NCBI GenBank assembly: GCA_964630525.1 | Contig: CAZVUY010000003.1 | Span: 1 to 46,698, forward strand | Direction: 5' to 3' | Source of the DNA: an uncultured Candidatus Saccharibacteria bacterium | GTDB lineage: Bacteria; Patescibacteriota; Minisyncoccia; Phycocordibacterales; WO2-35-19 | Length of the DNA: 46,698 bases | Shown: piece by piece, positions 43,932 through 46,698 of the stretch | Position numbering within the stretch: position 1 is the first letter of the stretch | How the letters are laid out: the number at the start of each line of letters is the position of its first letter | The notes under the pieces: model-generated | What the model saw: the letters and a program-made list of their open reading frames with translations, nothing else | What the model was told of the DNA's origin: nothing | Database searches by the model: none | Program-made: the position numbers and the translations under genes

Positions 43932-46127
43932 ATGTCAAACAATCAACTTAGGTATGTGATATTGGCAGGGATTTTCGCGATCCCTTTTGTACCTCTTATT
44001 ATAAGTTCCTCCCTCTTTTTCCCTTTTATTACTGGTAAAGCCTTTGCTTTTCGGTTGATTGTCGAGATTATCCTTGCTTGCTATTTGATTTTGGCTGTTC
44101 GGGAACCCCTTTATCGGCCCAAGTTTTCTTGGGTTCTCGGTGCTCTAGCGGTATTTCTGATTGCGATCGGTTTGGCCGACCTTTTGGCCGTAAACCCTTA
44201 CAAAGCTTTCTGGAGCAATTTTGAGAGAATGGAGGGTTACATCACCCTCTTGCATCTCGGAGCTTACTTTTTGGTAATGGGGACGATGCTTAAGACTCAA
44301 GAAATTTGGAACAAACTTTTGGCGACTAGTCTTGGCGCATCTCTTATTATGGCTATCTATTCTTTCTTGCAAATTGGAGGCAAGATCGCCATCAATCAGG
44401 GTGGGGTGCGTGTAGACGGTACTCTGGGTAACGCTGCCTACCTCGGTATTTATATGGTTTTCCATATTTTCTTTGCCGCCCTGCTTTATATGCGCTTCAA
44501 ACAAGGTTGGCAGAGGATACTTTTGGCCGTAGTCGCTCTTCTAGATTTGATCGTTCTTTATTTTACCGCTACCAGAGGTGCGATTTTGGGTTTGATCGGT
44601 GGAGCGATCATCGCCTTCATTTTATTGGTGCGCAATTCGGAAAAAGGGGATCAGGTAAGGCACTTTGCTAAGGTCGGTCTGATTTCTTTCCTGATATTTG
44701 TGGGTGGGTTCTTGTTGCTCCGCAATACTCCAGTGGTTCAAAACAGTCCCGTCTTGAGCCGCTTCGCTTCACTCTCGTTTAGTGAGGTAAAAACTCAGGG
44801 GCGTTATTTTGTTTGGCCGATGGCGATCAAAGGTTTTGCAGAGAACCCTATTTTTGGTTGGGGTCAGGAGGGTTTCAATTTCGTTTTCAACAAATATTAT
44901 GATCCGCGGATGTATACCCAAGAACCTTGGTTTGATCGGGCGCACAACACTTTTCTTGATTGGTTGGTGGCTGGTGGCATACTCGGATTTTTATCCTACC
45001 TGTCAATCATAGCTGCAGTTTTTTACTATACTTTGCGAGCGAAAGGCGATTTTCTAACCAAAGAAGATAAGGCGATTGTCTTTGGTCTTCTCTCTGCTTA
45101 CCTGTTCAACAACCTCTTTGTTTTCGACCAGATCGCAAGCTATATTTTCTTTTTTATTCTCATTGCTTATGTTCACGCCCATGCACCAGAAACCAACGTC
45201 TCTTGGTGGGAGAAATTTGCGAATCGCATCAAAAACATTGTAGAACACGAAAAGCGGCGACCCATATTTGAAGCAGGAGTACTCATATTGCTAGTGCTGG
45301 CTCTTTATTTCATCAATTTTGTTCCTTGGCGGCAGAATAAAAGCTTGCTTGAAGTATTAAGACTCGGCAATCAAGGTGTGGTCGGCGCTCTCGAGGTCTA
45401 CCAGAAACCGATCGATCAAAAAGGGATCGGTTTTGGAGAGAGTATCGAACACATCTCTCAAGCGGCGATCGCTCTTGGCATGAACCCGAGCGCCTCATCG
45501 GAAATTAGACAGAATGTTTTTAAGTTGGTAGATGAATCTTTTGTAAAATACTTAGAAAGAGTACCCAATGATGCTCGCTACCGATTGTTTTATGGAGTTT
45601 TTCTCTCTCGATTTGGTTGGTACGGCAGGGCAGTCGAACAACTGCAAGAGGCGATAAAACTCTCTCCCCAGAAACAACAGATTTACTTTGAATTGGTGAG
45701 CAACTTATTGCTTGATGGTAAGGTCAAAGAAGCAGCAGCTGCCGCCAAGATCGCCTATGAGCTTGCTCCTCAATACGAAGAAGCCAGATTTATTTACGGA
45801 TTAAGCCTGCTTGGAGCCGGAGACGCAGCACTTTCTAACCAAGTGCTCGCCGGACTCTCAGAACAAAAAATAATCTTCGACGATCGTTACTTGAGTGTTT
45901 TGGCGGCAATGCAAAAGTATGATGATGTTCTGCAATTGGTAAAAAGAAGGATCGCTCTTGATCCAAGCAATTTACAGCATCGTCTGACGTTGGCAGCCGC
46001 CTATTTGGAGACGGGTCGGAATGCTGAGGCGATAAAGGTTTTGGAAGAAATGATCACTCTCGATCCTTCGTTTAAAGAGAGAGGGGAATACTATATTTCT
46101 GAAATAAAGGCTGGTCGTAGACCTTAA
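43932..46127 (+). CDS. O-antigen ligase/polymerase-like (Wzy_C) polytopic protein fused to C-terminal TPR repeats
   Basis: About 12 TM segments. YFTATRGAILGL lies in the Wzy_C-like region, and NPIFGWGQEGF is also present. The C-terminal ~230 aa are TPR-like (AIKLSPQKQQIYFELV..., ALDPSNLQHRLTLAAAYLETGRNAEAIKVLEE). The start was set at ATG 43932, since the track start 43785 overlaps wzm. Confidence 0.8.
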   Translation: MSNNQLRYVILAGIFAIPFVPLIISSSLFFPFITGKAFAFRLIVEIILACYLILAVREPLYRPKFSWVLGALAVFLIAIGLADLLAVNPYKAFWSNFERMEGYITLLHLGAYFLVMGTMLKTQEIWNKLLATSLGASLIMAIYSFLQIGGKIAINQGGVRVDGTLGNAAYLGIYMVFHIFFAALLYMRFKQGWQRILLAVVALLDLIVLYFTATRGAILGLIGGAIIAFILLVRNSEKGDQVRHFAKVGLISFLIFVGGFLLLRNTPVVQNSPVLSRFASLSFSEVKTQGRYFVWPMAIKGFAENPIFGWGQEGFNFVFNKYYDPRMYTQEPWFDRAHNTFLDWLVAGGILGFLSYLSIIAAVFYYTLRAKGDFLTKEDKAIVFGLLSAYLFNNLFVFDQIASYIFFFILIAYVHAHAPETNVSWWEKFANRIKNIVEHEKRRPIFEAGVLILLVLALYFINFVPWRQNKSLLEVLRLGNQGVVGALEVYQKPIDQKGIGFGESIEHISQAAIALGMNPSASSEIRQNVFKLVDESFVKYLERVPNDARYRLFYGVFLSRFGWYGRAVEQLQEAIKLSPQKQQIYFELVSNLLLDGKVKEAAAAAKIAYELAPQYEEARFIYGLSLLGAGDAALSNQVLAGLSEQKIIFDDRYLSVLAAMQKYDDVLQLVKRRIALDPSNLQHRLTLAAAYLETGRNAEAIKVLEEMITLDPSFKERGEYYISEIKAGRRP

Positions 46128-46164
46128 CCTCGGCTAGGCTTGGGACAGGTAATCCACAGCCAGC

Positions 46165-46193
46165 TTGCATAAAATTGGCAAGTATGCTATACT
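46165..46193 (+). promoter_or_regulatory. Near-consensus promoter TTGCAT-N17-TATACT
   Basis: Hexamers at 46165-46170 and 46188-46193. A DnaA-box-like TAATCCACA lies at 46150-46158 just upstream. Confidence 0.5.
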
Positions 46194-46199
46194 GAGCCG

Positions 46200-46268
46200 G
46201 TATGAGTGTTAGGAGTGTCTTCTAACAATAATGAATGTCTGCGAAAGGCCCCGCTTTGCGGGGTTTTT
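46200..46268 (+). ncRNA. Candidate ~70-nt small transcript (sRNA or leaderless mini-ORF) between the promoter and an intrinsic terminator
   Basis: A terminator stem CCCCGC (46249-46254) with GCGGGG (46258-46263) plus T5 (46264-46268) lies about 60 nt after the -10 element. Only a 7-codon ORF (ATG 46202) fits inside. Confidence 0.35.
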
Positions 46269-46297
46269 CGTTGGAAATAAACCTTTTTAAGGCAAGA

Positions 46298-46379
46298 TCA
46301 AAAACCCAAAACAAAAATTCCGACTGCTCCTCCCTAAAGGGTGCCCACGCAGATCGGAATTTTTGTTTTGGGTTTTTGA
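46298..46379. repeat. Perfect 26-bp inverted repeat (long hairpin) with a 30-nt spacer
   Basis: TCAAAAACCCAAAACAAAAATTCCGA (46298-46323) is the exact reverse complement of 46354-46379. The stem extends by CTGC/GCAG. The loop contains CTCCTCCCT. Confidence 0.9.
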
Positions 46380-46686
46380 CGTTGTCAGTTTGGGAGCAGT
46401 GAGCTATTATTTTAGAAGTGTTTTGGCGCGGGCGACGGCTTGCACTCATAATAGACATTTGTTTTGGAGATCGCTCCCGTCGCCCACGCCAGAGCATAAA
46501 ATCTAAAATACAAAATTAAAAAAGAAAATACTAAAACAAAAAGAACTCCTTAATCGGGGCTCTTTTTTTTAGTAAAATTTTCTTATCTCTATTAAATTAA
46601 AATTAAATTAAATTTTTCTGTTTCAAATTTTTTAATATTTTTGATTTTATTTTTTTTGAAATAAAATTTTTTGAAAATTTTTAAAG

Positions 46687-46695
46687 TTATCCACA
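46687..46695 (+). promoter_or_regulatory. Perfect DnaA box TTATCCACA at the edge of a very AT-rich tract (possible oriC border)
   Basis: 9/9 match to the consensus. The segment from about 46500 to 46698 is almost pure A/T, with AAATT-type repeats. The window ends 3 nt later. Confidence 0.4.
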
Positions 46696-46698
46696 ATT

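Noticed and set aside
46222-46497. 91-aa minus-strand ORF
   Set aside because: It runs through the terminator and both long hairpins, has no RBS, and has Arg/Lys-rich junk-like composition. I also checked for rpmH-like sequence near the putative origin and found none.

Overview
The window looks like a low-GC, small-genome bacterium of the Candidate Phyla Radiation (Patescibacteria) type. This is an inference from the intron-bearing rRNA, the DUF559 gene with palindromic repeats, and the gene content. The genetic code is standard: TGA, TAA and TAG all end full-length homologues. Layout: (1) 1-1762 is the 3' end of an rRNA operon. It holds the 23S 3' region split by an ORF-less group I intron at the E. 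coli 2593 site, a canonical 5S, and a second 5S-like copy carrying two hairpin insertions. (2) 1.8-14.3 kb holds envelope and housekeeping genes: a VWA protein, a SEDS protein, a GT4, a priming sugar-phosphate transferase, a small GC-rich cassette (two zinc-finger mini-genes plus a DUF559 endonuclease framed by four copies of a 44-bp palindromic repeat), secD, secF, a DUF4015 hydrolase and a VirD4/TraD-like ATPase. (3) 14.3-46.1 kb is a very large surface-glycan locus. It has about 10 glycosyltransferases, two GtrB-like GT2 plus GT-C pairs, a GT4-GtrA fusion and three methyltransferases. It also has a mutarotase/kinase/nucleotidyltransferase trio, an EvaA-like 2,3-dehydratase with Nudix-like paralogues, aminotransferase, formyltransferase and AsnB-like genes, a Wzm/Wzt exporter, and a Wzy_C+TPR protein. 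(4) 46.1-46.7 kb is non-coding, with an orphan promoter-terminator unit, two long hairpins and an AT-rich tract ending in a perfect DnaA box. The most unusual signal is a family of strictly AGCT-phased heptanucleotide arrays found in coding regions and in the rRNA intron. All family calls come from motif recognition by eye, with no searches run. Coordinates of RNA ends and promoters are approximate.
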